From: Gemmatimonadota bacterium
Lineage (GTDB): Bacteria; Gemmatimonadota; Gemmatimonadetes; Longimicrobiales; Gaopeijiaceae
Direction of reading: 5' to 3'
DNA length: 64,000 nt
Assembly (NCBI GenBank): GCA_034521595.1
Contig: JAXHMG010000002.1
Coordinates: 1 to 64,000, forward strand
Positions within the stretch are counted from its first letter, which is position 1. Each line of letters begins with the position of its first letter. The position numbers and the translations under genes were made by a program. Below the pieces are notes generated by a model, which ran no database searches, was not told where the DNA came from, and saw only the letters and a program-made list of their open reading frames with translations. This document shows positions 9,711-19,330 of the stretch, piece by piece.

Positions 9711-10523
9711 TCAGTCGATGTCGAGCCTCTGGGCGGTGGGGCGGGGCAACACACCACCCATGCGCCCGTAGTGGATCGCCAGCCCTTGCGCATCCAGCGG
9801 CACATCGGGTTCAGGAGCAACGAATCGACCCATCTTGGCCGACCAATACAAGGCCCCAACCTCTCCGGGCGGTCGCCGCTCGACGAACCGTTCCGCGTCC
9901 TCGAGAGCCTCCCGCCAACGCGTCTTCGCCTCCTCCACGTCGAATGGACGGCTGAGATCCAGCCGGGCGACTTCCTCCGGTCGCACCCTTCCCCGCCGTC
10001 GCAGCTGCTCGAGGAGCGACATGGGGTTGTACCCCGGGTCCTTCGCGACGGCAGCCCACACGAGCGGACCCAACGGCAGGATCGTGTCCAGTGCGAAGAG
10101 CATATCGACGAAGTCCCTGGGCTCGTCCCGGCCGGCCAGAGCCAGCACCTTGTTGGTCGCCAGATCGATGGGGTGCAGCACGTATCCTCCGAGCTCGTCC
10201 GCCATCACCGGCATGAAGCGCCACGCGGAGTCAGCCCAGTCGATCTGGGTCGCCTCTTCTCCCCGAGACACGAGCGCCCGGATGAAGCCCGGCTGGCTGA
10301 GTATCATTTCCACCTCGTAGCCGGACTCCTCCAACGAGGCCACATCGGCGGCGAATGCTTCGGCAACCCGCTCCTCGGCGTCGTGGAAGAGATCCAAGTC
10401 GCGGCTGTAGCGCACGGACTCGGGAGAAAAGTGGAGCGCGGTGCCACCGGCGAGATAGCTGTCGGGCGCACGGTTTCGGGCGGTAACCGCTAGCAGCTCT
10501 CGCTGGAAGTCCGTCAGCGGCAA
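9711..10523 (-). CDS. AbiEii/DUF1814-like nucleotidyltransferase (type IV/VII TA toxin-like)
   Basis: YLAGGTAL, RYSRDLDLF, NKVLALAGRDEPRDFVD; probable TTG start overlapping the partner stop. Confidence 0.8.
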   Translation of the reverse strand: MPLTDFQRELLAVTARNRAPDSYLAGGTALHFSPESVRYSRDLDLFHDAEERVAEAFAADVASLEESGYEVEMILSQPGFIRALVSRGEEATQIDWADSAWRFMPVMADELGGYVLHPIDLATNKVLALAGRDEPRDFVDMLFALDTILPLGPLVWAAVAKDPGYNPMSLLEQLRRRGRVRPEEVARLDLSRPFDVEEAKTRWREALEDAERFVERRPPGEVGALYWSAKMGRFVAPEPDVPLDAQGLAIHYGRMGGVLPRPTAQRLDID

Positions 10524-10780
10524 AGTCTGCTTCCTACTTCCCAGGTTTCGCGGTCGCCGTGCTTCATGAGCATGCGAGCAACCCACGCCACGTCGTCCGG
10601 CCCGATCTCGAGGTCGGGCGGCGATGACCAAAAACACTGCGCGTGATATTTACGATAGGCCCGCCGCGCTTCCCGGACACGGACCATACGCCGAGCGGTG
10701 TCGGGATCGAGGGTCCGACGACTCTTGCGCCCTCCCTTTCGCCCGATCTCCGCTAGATAACTGCGCACCCGATCATCCAT
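10514..10780 (-). CDS. Small basic protein with KGG motif; putative antitoxin
   Basis: 88 aa MDDRVRSYLAEIGRKGGRKSRR...CFWS...; overlaps the toxin start. Confidence 0.7.
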   Translation of the reverse strand: MDDRVRSYLAEIGRKGGRKSRRTLDPDTARRMVRVREARRAYRKYHAQCFWSSPPDLEIGPDDVAWVARMLMKHGDRETWEVGSRLCR

Positions 10781-10862
10781 GTCGAAATATAACCCGCTTA
10801 TGATCACAAGAGCCACAGCGCACCTTCTGAGCCCCCCTCGGGACGGCGACCTTCCACGCCCG

Positions 10863-12446
10863 CTACATCTGGTAATACATCGGCGCCCCGGGTCCGAGCG
10901 GCAGCCCCAGCACCATCCACGCGACCACCATCGCGATCCCGAGCACGCCGAACACCACGGAGAACGGGAGCATGGCGGAGACGAGCGTGCCGATCCCCGC
11001 TTCGCGGTCGTACTTCTGCGCGAAGATGATGACGAGCGGGTAGTAGGGCAGCATCGGTGTGAGGATGTTCGTGAACGAATCGCCCACCCGGTAGGCCGCC
11101 TGGGTGAGCTCCGGCGAGTACCCGACCAACATGAGCATGGGCACGAACACGGGCGCCATGATGGCCCACTTCGCCGACGCGCTCCCGATGAAGAGGTTGA
11201 TGAAGGCGGAGACCACGATGAACGCCACGATGAGCGGGACGCCGGTGAAGTTCACCGCCTCCAGGAAGTCCGCGCCCGAGACCGCCAGGATGAGGCCGAG
11301 GTTGGACCAGTTGAAGAAGGCGATGAAGTGGGCCGCCGCGAACGCGAGCACGATGTAGGCCCCCATGCTCGCCATGGTGTCCGACGTCATCTTGGCCACG
11401 TCCCGGTCGCTCCGGATGGAGCCGGTAGCCAGCCCGTAGGCCAGCCCGGGCAGGAAGAAGACGAAGAGCATGAGGGCGACGATGGACGAGAGCAGCGGAT
11501 CGAGGCCTCCCTCGGGACCCCGGAGGATGCCGGGCTCCGGCAGGGCCATCCAGACGATGGCCGCGAGACACGCCACCGCCGTGGCCCCGGCCCATGCCAA
11601 CCCCCGCTTGTGCACGGCCGTGAGCGGGGCGCCGGGCTCGGGAGGAGCGCCCGCCTCGGTGGGGATGGCCTCGTCGTCCTCCTCCTCTTCCGGCGTGCCG
11701 GTGTACGTCCCCAACCGGGGCTCGAGCACCCGCTCGGTCACGAAGGTGCCGGCCACCACGAACACCGGCACCAGGGCGATCATCAGCCACCAGTTGGCGG
11801 TGGCGTCGACCACGTAGCCCTCGTTGACCAGGTGCGCGGCCGGCTGGGTGAAGCCGGCCAGCAGCGGGTCGAGGGCCGTGAGCGTGATGTTGGAGCTGAA
11901 CCCGCCCGACACCCCGGCGAACGCCGCGGCCAGCCCGGCGATGGGGTGCCGGCCCACGCCGTGGAAGATCACGGCGCCCAGCGGAATCAGGACGACGTAG
12001 CCGGCGTCCACCGCGACCGACGAGAGGAGTCCGGCCAGGACGACGGCGGCGGTGACGAGCCAGTCCGGAATGCCGCTGAGCAGCGCCCGGAGCGCCGTCT
12101 CGATGAGGCCGGTGCGCTCCGCCACCCCGATGCCGAGCATGACCACGAGCACGAGCCCGAGCGGCGGGAAGTCGGTGAAGGTTCGGGGCATCTCGGTCAG
12201 GATCCGCTGGATGCCGTCGGCCGTGAGCAGGTTCACCGCCCGGATCTCCTCGTCGGTGCCCGGGTGGACGGCCGAGACGCCGAGCGCGGCCGCGAGCCAC
12301 GAGGCGAGGAGCACGATCCCCATGAAGAGGACGAAGAGGGTGATGGGATCGGGCAGACGGTTGCCCACCCGCTCGACGGTGGCGAGGGCTCGGTCGGTCC
12401 ACCGGGACAGCAAGCCGGGCCGAGGTTCGGGCGCAGTGTCGTTCAC
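10863..12446 (-). CDS. AbgT family transporter
   Basis: ERVGNRLPDP, FPPLGLVLVVMLGIGVAE, GRHPIAG, GSASAKW, YRVGDS motifs. Confidence 0.92.
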   Translation of the reverse strand: MNDTAPEPRPGLLSRWTDRALATVERVGNRLPDPITLFVLFMGIVLLASWLAAALGVSAVHPGTDEEIRAVNLLTADGIQRILTEMPRTFTDFPPLGLVLVVMLGIGVAERTGLIETALRALLSGIPDWLVTAAVVLAGLLSSVAVDAGYVVLIPLGAVIFHGVGRHPIAGLAAAFAGVSGGFSSNITLTALDPLLAGFTQPAAHLVNEGYVVDATANWWLMIALVPVFVVAGTFVTERVLEPRLGTYTGTPEEEEDDEAIPTEAGAPPEPGAPLTAVHKRGLAWAGATAVACLAAIVWMALPEPGILRGPEGGLDPLLSSIVALMLFVFFLPGLAYGLATGSIRSDRDVAKMTSDTMASMGAYIVLAFAAAHFIAFFNWSNLGLILAVSGADFLEAVNFTGVPLIVAFIVVSAFINLFIGSASAKWAIMAPVFVPMLMLVGYSPELTQAAYRVGDSFTNILTPMLPYYPLVIIFAQKYDREAGIGTLVSAMLPFSVVFGVLGIAMVVAWMVLGLPLGPGAPMYYQM

Positions 12447-12611
12447 GGCGGACGCTCCTGGACGGGTTCGGCGGTCGTCGTCGTCTCCTCACGGCATCTC
12501 GACCGGCAAAAGAAGGGATCGCGACCGTTCCGTCCATGAACGGATCCTCGCCCCGCTTCCAGGGTTCCTTCGTATTCAGGCATTCACGCCCATCGAACAG
12601 GAGGACCCTTC

Positions 12612-12821
12612 ATGTCGGAGAGCGTCTACAAGGTCATCGAGCTCGTCGGAACCAGCACCGAGTCCTGGGAGAAGGCCGCCTCGCACGCCGTCGACACGGC
12701 CTCGAGGCACCTCAAGAACCTCCGGATCGCGGAGATCAGCGAGCTCGACATGCAGCTCGAGGACGGCAAAGTCGCCCGGTACCGGGCGAAGGTGAAGGTG
12801 TCCTTCCGCTACGACAGCTAG
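12612..12821 (+). CDS. Dodecin family flavin-binding protein
   Basis: VYKVIELVGTSTESWEKA...YRAKVKVSF; 69 aa; GGAGG SD. Confidence 0.92.
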   Translation: MSESVYKVIELVGTSTESWEKAASHAVDTASRHLKNLRIAEISELDMQLEDGKVARYRAKVKVSFRYDS

Positions 12822-12857
12822 CGGCACGGGACGGGAACAGGGCCCACTTCCCGACGC

Positions 12858-13808
12858 TCAGGCGAGCACGTCGGCCATCCTGCGCCGGATCGCCGCGTCG
12901 GGAAGCGGGCCCACCCCCGCGCCCATGTTCTCCCGCATGTGGTCGGGATTCGAGGTCGCGGGGATCGCGCAGGTGACGGCCGGATGCGACACGGCCCACT
13001 TGAGGAAGAACTGACTCCACGCGGTGATCCCGAGCTCCTCCTCCGCCCAGTCGGGTAGCGCCATGCCGTCCACCCGGCCGAAGAGCGCGCCCCCGCCGAG
13101 CGGCCGGTTGAGCATGACGGCGAGCCCGCGCTCCCTGGCTTTCGGGAGCAGCCGTTCCGCGGCCTCCGGCTCCCGAAGGCTGTAGTTGATCTGGACGAAA
13201 TCCAGCCGCTCGTCGTCCATCCACCGCTCCACTTCGGGGAACGCGTTCGTGTTGGAGCGGGTGATGCCGATGTAGTCGATGCGTCCCTCCTCCTTCCACT
13301 CGGAGAGCGTCTCGAGGTGGGTGGCCGCGTCGACGAGGTTGTGAACCTGCATGAGCTCGATGCGCGGGCGCCGCAGGAGCTCCATGGACGCCTCCATCTG
13401 CTCGATGCCCGCGGCCCGCCCCTCGTCGGTCCAGACCTTGGTCGCCCACCAGAGGTCGTCCTGCACGCCCAGCTCGGCGGCCAGATCGCCGAGGACCTCC
13501 TCCGAGGTGCCGTACATGGGCGAGGCGTCGACCACGCTCCCTCCCCGCTCGACGAAGATCCCGAGCACGTCGCGCAGCGGCCCGCGCGCCACCTCGTCGT
13601 CTCCGACGTCGAAGGTCTGCCAGGTGCCCATCCCGAGAACGGGGATCCGCTCACCGGACGAAGGAATCGTGCGGTGGATCATCTCCTGGACCGGGTGCTC
13701 GGCGGCCGCGAGCCACCGATCGGGAAGCAACGCGGCCCCGGCGAGGAGGCCGGCACCGCGGCGGAGCGCTTGACGGCGGGTGAGGGAGGTCGGGGCGCGT
13801 GGGGACAT
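12858..13808 (-). CDS. Aldo/keto reductase with Tat-like signal
   Basis: TRRQAL twin-arginine motif; GMGTW, DASPMYG, QVHNL, AIPATS. Confidence 0.9.
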   Translation of the reverse strand: MSPRAPTSLTRRQALRRGAGLLAGAALLPDRWLAAAEHPVQEMIHRTIPSSGERIPVLGMGTWQTFDVGDDEVARGPLRDVLGIFVERGGSVVDASPMYGTSEEVLGDLAAELGVQDDLWWATKVWTDEGRAAGIEQMEASMELLRRPRIELMQVHNLVDAATHLETLSEWKEEGRIDYIGITRSNTNAFPEVERWMDDERLDFVQINYSLREPEAAERLLPKARERGLAVMLNRPLGGGALFGRVDGMALPDWAEEELGITAWSQFFLKWAVSHPAVTCAIPATSNPDHMRENMGAGVGPLPDAAIRRRMADVLA

Positions 13809-13841
13809 GGATCGCTCCCTGTGGGGTGAGCAGCGCGGACC

Positions 13842-15563
13842 TCAAAGTATCCACCCCCCGACCAAGGTGGCCAGCGCGATCCCCGCGCCGAGGCCGAGCC
13901 GGTATCGGTTCCTCGCTCGGGCGAGGGGGCCGGCCAGCCGCGTGAGGAGCCCCGGCCCGAACATGGCGCGAAGCGAAGCTCGGGCCCGATGTTCGACGAG
14001 CCACCAGCTCGCCCCGGCCAACGCCACGACGGGGACGACCGCGGACAGCGCCGACCCCTCCGGACGGACCCGCCCGACCAGAAAGAGGACCCCGACCGCG
14101 CCCGCGACGATCGCGAGCAGCCCGGGCAGAACGAGCGGCCGGTAGAGCCGCGGTAGCGCCTTGCCGACGGCCGCGCTCGCCCGCTCCAGGTACGCGGGGG
14201 TGATCATGCCGACCTCCAGACACCGTTCGAGCAGACTACGGGACGCTTCGCCGGCGTCCGTCGAGCCGGCGTCGAACAGCCCGGGAGCCCGCTCGAGCGC
14301 CTTCCGGAAGACACCGCCGGAGCGGCCGGACTCCCGTCCCTCGAGCAGTCGGTGCACTGCCCGCGGCGGGGCCTCCGCGATGCGGTCGTTGAGCTCGGAG
14401 GAGAAGAACCGGCGCGTGGCCTCGAGGAGGGAGCGCCCCCTGCGCCCTCGCCCGCGGGTGCGGAGACAGCTCTCCAGACGTGCGAGGTCGGGCTCGAGGA
14501 GGCTCCCCACGAGGTTCTGGTAGTCGAAGACCTCGCGGCCGGGTCCGTAGGCGCGAACACGGATGGCCCGCGCGCCCAGATCCGCCTCGCCGACCTCGAC
14601 CGGCACCGAAGCCACGTAGGCGAGGATCGCCCGGGGCCCCTCGCGCCGCACACGGTCGAGCCGCACACCGTAATCTCCCCCCGCCAACCGGCCGAGCTCG
14701 TCGAACGGAACCTCGTCCACGAGGGTCTCCCGGTCCCGGTCGTCGTCGCTCTCCACCTCGACCTCGACGTCGCGCTCGACCGAGCACTCGACCCGTCCGT
14801 GCGAATGCACCGCTCCCGTCGCGTCACAAGGCTCGCACGCGACGGCGCCGGACCCGCCGCAGATGCCGCATTCGACGCGTCCGTCATCGCAGTCGGTGCA
14901 GGTCAGCCAACCGTCGCCGCAGTGGCAAGCCACGCTCCCGCTCCCACCGCACGTGGTGCACGGAACGCGCTCGACCACGCGCTCCTTCACCCATTTCGTC
15001 CCGTCGAAGCGCTCGGGGTGGGACACTCGGGTCTCCTCGCCGCTCCCGTCGCACGAAGAGCACTCGAGCGTCGCCGCGCCACCGCACGCATCGCAGGGGT
15101 TTCTGCCCCGGCCCTCGCAGACCTGGCAGGTGGTCCAGCCGTTTCCCGCACACGATCCGCAGGCGACCTCGCCGCGACCCGCGCACGAGTCGCAGACCTC
15201 CTGGGATCCGAGCGCCGGCTGCTCCGCCAGACAATCCTCCGGCGTGGGGCGGGCCCGGTAGTCGGCGGCTTCCTCGGCCACCCATGTGTCCAAGCGAGGC
15301 CCGACCTGCTCCTCGGCCTCCCGGAGACGAGCCTGCAACGCGCTCTGGAGCTCCTCCGGCGTGCCGACGTCACGCACATCCTCCGGAAGCGGTCCCGGCT
15401 CACGCCGCGAGGACACGGCGAGACGCGCGTCGTGACGGACGACGACCCGCACGGGAAGCTCCTCCCGCGACAGGAGCCGGATCGACAGCTCCTCCGGCTC
15501 GAGGTCCCGCACCAGGCCCGACACCTCGGCGTCGATCGACGATATCAGCGGCTCGGACGACAT
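13842..15563 (-). CDS. Membrane protein with about 10 DnaJ-type CxxCxGxG zinc-finger repeats
   Basis: CDSCAGRG, CGSCAGNG, CQVCEGRG, CSSCDGSG, CTTCGGSG, CGICGGSG etc.; three C-terminal hydrophobic helices; no J-domain HPD. Confidence 0.8.
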   Translation of the reverse strand: MSSEPLISSIDAEVSGLVRDLEPEELSIRLLSREELPVRVVVRHDARLAVSSRREPGPLPEDVRDVGTPEELQSALQARLREAEEQVGPRLDTWVAEEAADYRARPTPEDCLAEQPALGSQEVCDSCAGRGEVACGSCAGNGWTTCQVCEGRGRNPCDACGGAATLECSSCDGSGEETRVSHPERFDGTKWVKERVVERVPCTTCGGSGSVACHCGDGWLTCTDCDDGRVECGICGGSGAVACEPCDATGAVHSHGRVECSVERDVEVEVESDDDRDRETLVDEVPFDELGRLAGGDYGVRLDRVRREGPRAILAYVASVPVEVGEADLGARAIRVRAYGPGREVFDYQNLVGSLLEPDLARLESCLRTRGRGRRGRSLLEATRRFFSSELNDRIAEAPPRAVHRLLEGRESGRSGGVFRKALERAPGLFDAGSTDAGEASRSLLERCLEVGMITPAYLERASAAVGKALPRLYRPLVLPGLLAIVAGAVGVLFLVGRVRPEGSALSAVVPVVALAGASWWLVEHRARASLRAMFGPGLLTRLAGPLARARNRYRLGLGAGIALATLVGGWIL

Positions 15564-15704
15564 GGCGTCCCTCTCCCGGCGGTCGGTGGTACGTGCGCGG
15601 TCATGCACCGCCACGACGCGTCGTCATTCCTACCCCGAGGACAGCGGTCACCGCAAGGCGAGGGGTCCGTGGGCCTGGGACGGCCCGCGTACCGCCCGCC
15701 GCGG

Positions 15705-16328
15705 TCAGCCGAGCTCGGCCGGCTCTCCCCACTCCGCTCCGAACACGAGATCGTCGAGCGATTTCCGCTGCCGCGGGCTGAGCTCCCCTGCCCGGAGCTT
15801 CTCGTCGAGGTCCTCCGGATCGCCCGGATACCCGAGAGCCGTCATCGACCCGACCTCGAATCCGTCGGGCACGAGCTCGTCCCGGAACCGCTCGCGCTCG
15901 AACCCCGCCATCTGATGTGCCACGAGACCTTCGGCATAGGCCTGGAGCACGAGATTCTGCTCGGCCGCGCCCAGGTCCCGGAACGCGACGGGGTTCAGCT
16001 CGTCGTTGCCGCTGAAGCGCGTTCTGTAGGTCGAGACCACGAGCACGGGCGCTCTGGTGGCCCACGCGTTGCCGGACAACAGGTAACCCCGGAGCCGGGC
16101 CAACCAATCGGGATCCCGCGTGGTGGCCACCAGGAACCGCCACGGCTGCTCGTTGAACGACGAAGGCGCCCACCGGGCCGCCTCGAAGACCGCTCTGAGC
16201 TTCTCCGGCTCGACCGGATCCTCGGCGATCGCGCGAGGACTCCACCGCGCGGCGATGAGCGGCTCGATCGGCTCGTCCGTCGGAGCCGGCCGGCCCTGCG
16301 GCGGCGGTCCGTCCCTGTGCTGCGGCAT
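15705..16328 (-). CDS. Nitroreductase family protein
   Basis: RWSPRA, ARWAPSSFNEQPWRF, HQMAGF, ALGYPG. Confidence 0.92.
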   Translation of the reverse strand: MPQHRDGPPPQGRPAPTDEPIEPLIAARWSPRAIAEDPVEPEKLRAVFEAARWAPSSFNEQPWRFLVATTRDPDWLARLRGYLLSGNAWATRAPVLVVSTYRTRFSGNDELNPVAFRDLGAAEQNLVLQAYAEGLVAHQMAGFERERFRDELVPDGFEVGSMTALGYPGDPEDLDEKLRAGELSPRQRKSLDDLVFGAEWGEPAELG

Positions 16329-16391
16329 CCATGTCCTCCCATTCTGGTTTCGCGGTGGATCCGGCGCCCGCTGACGGCGTCGGTGACCTGG

Positions 16392-16628
16392 TCAAAACAG
16401 CCGGCGGACGAGGCTGAGCACGACGCTCAGCACCACCGACACGACGAGCATCGAGGTGAACGGCACGTAGACGCGCGTGCGCCCCTGCTCGAAGTGGAGG
16501 TCGCCCGGTAGGCGACCGAGCCAGGCGAGGCCGCCGGACCAGACCAGCGCGCCGACCACGACGAGCACCAATCCGGCCCCGACGAGCCACGGGCCGAGGT
16601 TGGGCCACTGGGGTTCGGTCACGGACAA
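16392..16628 (-). CDS. DUF2905 small membrane protein
   Basis: LGRLPGD...YVPFTSMLVVSVVLS motif. Confidence 0.85.
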   Translation of the reverse strand: MSVTEPQWPNLGPWLVGAGLVLVVVGALVWSGGLAWLGRLPGDLHFEQGRTRVYVPFTSMLVVSVVLSVVLSLVRRLF

Positions 16629-16772
16629 CGCTCCATCACGGAATCACGCGCTCGGTTCGTCACCGCGCGATGTACCGGACCGCACCAGGTGGGTTCCGTC
16701 CTCCTGCCGCGGCGCACCTCGCCGCACCCGTCAGCGCACCACCCCTTGACGGAAAGCGCCCGAACCCCGGTA

Positions 16773-18065
16773 ATGGCTGTCATGGAAAACATCCTGACCC
16801 AGCACCCATGGCTCGGCGTCGCGGGCGCCCTGGCCATCCTGGCGCTCCTGGCCTGGGCCGCGGACCGAGGGACGAAGCGCTTCGCGGTGTCCCTCGTGCG
16901 CCGCCTGACGAAACGGACCCGCTCGACCTGGGACGACCGGCTGGTCGACCGGAAGGTCTTCGCGCGCATCGCACACTTCGCGCCGGCGCTCGTCGTGTAC
17001 TACGGCATCGGCGTGGCGCTCGGCGTCACGCCGGACGAGGCCCCGGCCGGCACGGACCCGGAGGCGCTCGGCCTCGCCTACCTCCTCCTGCGGCGGGTCG
17101 CGCTCGCGTACATGGTCCTCACCGGAGCGTTGGCGTTCCACGGGTTCCTCTCGGCGGTCGACGACATCTACCGAGAGCGCTACGAAGAAGCCAACAACCG
17201 TCCCATCAAGGGATACCTGCAGGTCCTGGCGATCTTCGTCTACGTCGCCGCGGGGATCGTGATCGTCTCGATCCTCGCCGACCGCTCCCCGGTGATCTTC
17301 CTCTCCGGGCTCGGAGCCCTCACCGCGGTGCTGCTCCTGGTCTTCCGGGACACCATTCTGTCTTTGGTGGCGAGCGTGCAGATCATGTCCAACGACATGA
17401 TCCGGATCGGGGACTGGGTCGAGATGCCGCAGGCGCACGCGGACGGGGACGTCATCGACATCGCTCTGCACACGGTGACGGTGCAGAACTGGGACAAGAC
17501 GTACACGATGATCCCGACCCACCGCTTCATTTCGGACTCGTTCCGGAACTGGCGCGGCATGCAGGAAGCCGGCGGCCGGCGCATCAAGCGTCCGCTCTAC
17601 CTCGACGTCAGCTCCGTGCGCTTCCTGACCGACGAGGAGATCGATCACCTGGGACGCTACGAGTTCCTGGCCGATTACATGAAGCAGAAGCGCCAGGAGC
17701 TCGCCGAGGCGAACGCTCGGACGGCCGAAGCGGACGGGGTGATCCCCGAGCGCCGGAGGCTCACGAACGTGGGCACCTTCCGCGCCTACGCGCTGCACTA
17801 CCTGAAGAACCATTCCCGGGTCCGGCAGGACCTGACGCTGCTCGTGCGACAGCTCCCGCCGGGGCCGGAAGGACTCCCGCTCGAGATCTACTGCTTCGCG
17901 AACGAAACGGCGTGGGCCACCTACGAGAGCATCCAGGCGGACATCTTCGACCACCTGCTGGCGATCTTGCCCGAGTTCGGGCTGCGGGCGTACCAGAAGC
18001 CGGCAGGCAGAGACCTGACCGGCTCGGGCTCGAGGGTCGAGGCGGTGGCGGGCGCGGTCGACTGA
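16773..18065 (+). CDS. Mechanosensitive channel, MscS family (YbdG-like)
   Basis: LSGLGALTAVLLLVFRD, GDWVEMP...ADGDV, QNWDKT, NWRGM..GGRRIKR, LTNVGTFR. Confidence 0.92.
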   Translation: MAVMENILTQHPWLGVAGALAILALLAWAADRGTKRFAVSLVRRLTKRTRSTWDDRLVDRKVFARIAHFAPALVVYYGIGVALGVTPDEAPAGTDPEALGLAYLLLRRVALAYMVLTGALAFHGFLSAVDDIYRERYEEANNRPIKGYLQVLAIFVYVAAGIVIVSILADRSPVIFLSGLGALTAVLLLVFRDTILSLVASVQIMSNDMIRIGDWVEMPQAHADGDVIDIALHTVTVQNWDKTYTMIPTHRFISDSFRNWRGMQEAGGRRIKRPLYLDVSSVRFLTDEEIDHLGRYEFLADYMKQKRQELAEANARTAEADGVIPERRRLTNVGTFRAYALHYLKNHSRVRQDLTLLVRQLPPGPEGLPLEIYCFANETAWATYESIQADIFDHLLAILPEFGLRAYQKPAGRDLTGSGSRVEAVAGAVD

Positions 18066-18102
18066 GGCGGGAGAAAGCCCCTCGGGCGGTGACCGGCCGC
18101 CG

Positions 18103-19176
18103 TCAGGCAGCCCGCTCTCGCGGGGGATCGGCGGCCCGACGCACCGCGACCCGGGACCGCTTCCGTTCGCCGCGCAGCTCACGGAAGCTCACCAGTCGAC
18201 GCTCGTCCTCGTCCCACAGGGTCCGCCCCAGGAGCGAGAGCGTCTCGCGTGCCCGCAGCTTCGTGACCTCGTGGAACGCCGGGTTCTCGTCGTGGACGCG
18301 CTGGAGCCGATAGTTCGGGATGCGCGGGCTCATGTGGTGCACGTGGTGCACGCCGATGTGCGCGGTCAGCCACTGCAGGGGGCGCGGCAGCATCAGGTAG
18401 GAGCTCCCATGGAGGCAGGCATCGTAGTAGTCCCAGCTCTCGTGGCGGTCCCAATAGGTGTGCTCGAACTGGTGCTGCACGTAGAAGAGCCAGATCCCGG
18501 CTCCCGTCGCGATCAGGAATACCGGCGCGTGCACCAGCAGGAAGCGCTCGAATCCGATCGTGGCCCAGACGAGCGCCGCGACGCCGACGAGCGCCGCGTT
18601 GGTCCACCAGACGCTGCGCCACGCGGCCTTCCACGTGCGCGGGATGTCCGCCGGATACCGATGCTTGACCAGGAACTGCCACACCGGCCCGACCACGAAG
18701 AGCACGAGCGGATGCCGGTACAGCCGGTAGCGTAGGCGTTGCCCCGGCGTCCAGCTCAGGTATTCCGCCACCGTGTACGTGTCCACGTCCCCGAAGCCGC
18801 GGAAATCGAGATCCCCCGAGTGCGCATGATGGTACGCGTGGGTTCGCTTCCAGTAGTCGTACGGCGTCAGCATGACGGTGCCGATCACCCGGCCGACCCA
18901 GTCGCGAGCCCGCCTCGAGCGGAAGAACGACCCGTGACCGCAGTCGTGCTGGATCATGAACAGCCGCATGAGGAATCCGGCCGCCGGGAGCGCGAGAAGG
19001 AGCGTGAGCCAGTACCCGACCGACAGGGCGAGGTACGCCGCCGACCAGGAGAGCACGAAGCCGGCGGCGGTGACCGCGAGCTGGATGACGCTGCGCCTCG
19101 TATCGGGGCCGCGGTACGGCTCGAGGATGCGGTTCCACTGCTCGACCTTGGTGCGGTCGGGCTTGGGGTGGGTCAT
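18103..19176 (-). CDS. Membrane fatty acid desaturase (Des-like)
   Basis: His boxes HDCGH, HAYHH, HHVHH; FYVQHQFE. Confidence 0.92.
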   Translation of the reverse strand: MTHPKPDRTKVEQWNRILEPYRGPDTRRSVIQLAVTAAGFVLSWSAAYLALSVGYWLTLLLALPAAGFLMRLFMIQHDCGHGSFFRSRRARDWVGRVIGTVMLTPYDYWKRTHAYHHAHSGDLDFRGFGDVDTYTVAEYLSWTPGQRLRYRLYRHPLVLFVVGPVWQFLVKHRYPADIPRTWKAAWRSVWWTNAALVGVAALVWATIGFERFLLVHAPVFLIATGAGIWLFYVQHQFEHTYWDRHESWDYYDACLHGSSYLMLPRPLQWLTAHIGVHHVHHMSPRIPNYRLQRVHDENPAFHEVTKLRARETLSLLGRTLWDEDERRLVSFRELRGERKRSRVAVRRAADPPRERAA

Positions 19177-19330
19177 GCGGCGTACCGGTGTGGCGTGGGA
19201 ATGAGGCCCGAATGATAACCCCGCGAGGACGGACCCGGGGCGATGCACCCTTGCCGCGGTCCGCCCCGGAGCTTCCTATCCCATCCACGGGCGAGCCGCG
19301 CCCATCCCCATCCCGCAACAGAGGACGACG

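Noticed and set aside
10490-10497. CTAGCAGC partial match to the MITE end
   Set aside because: Only 8 bp and lies in frame inside an intact CDS
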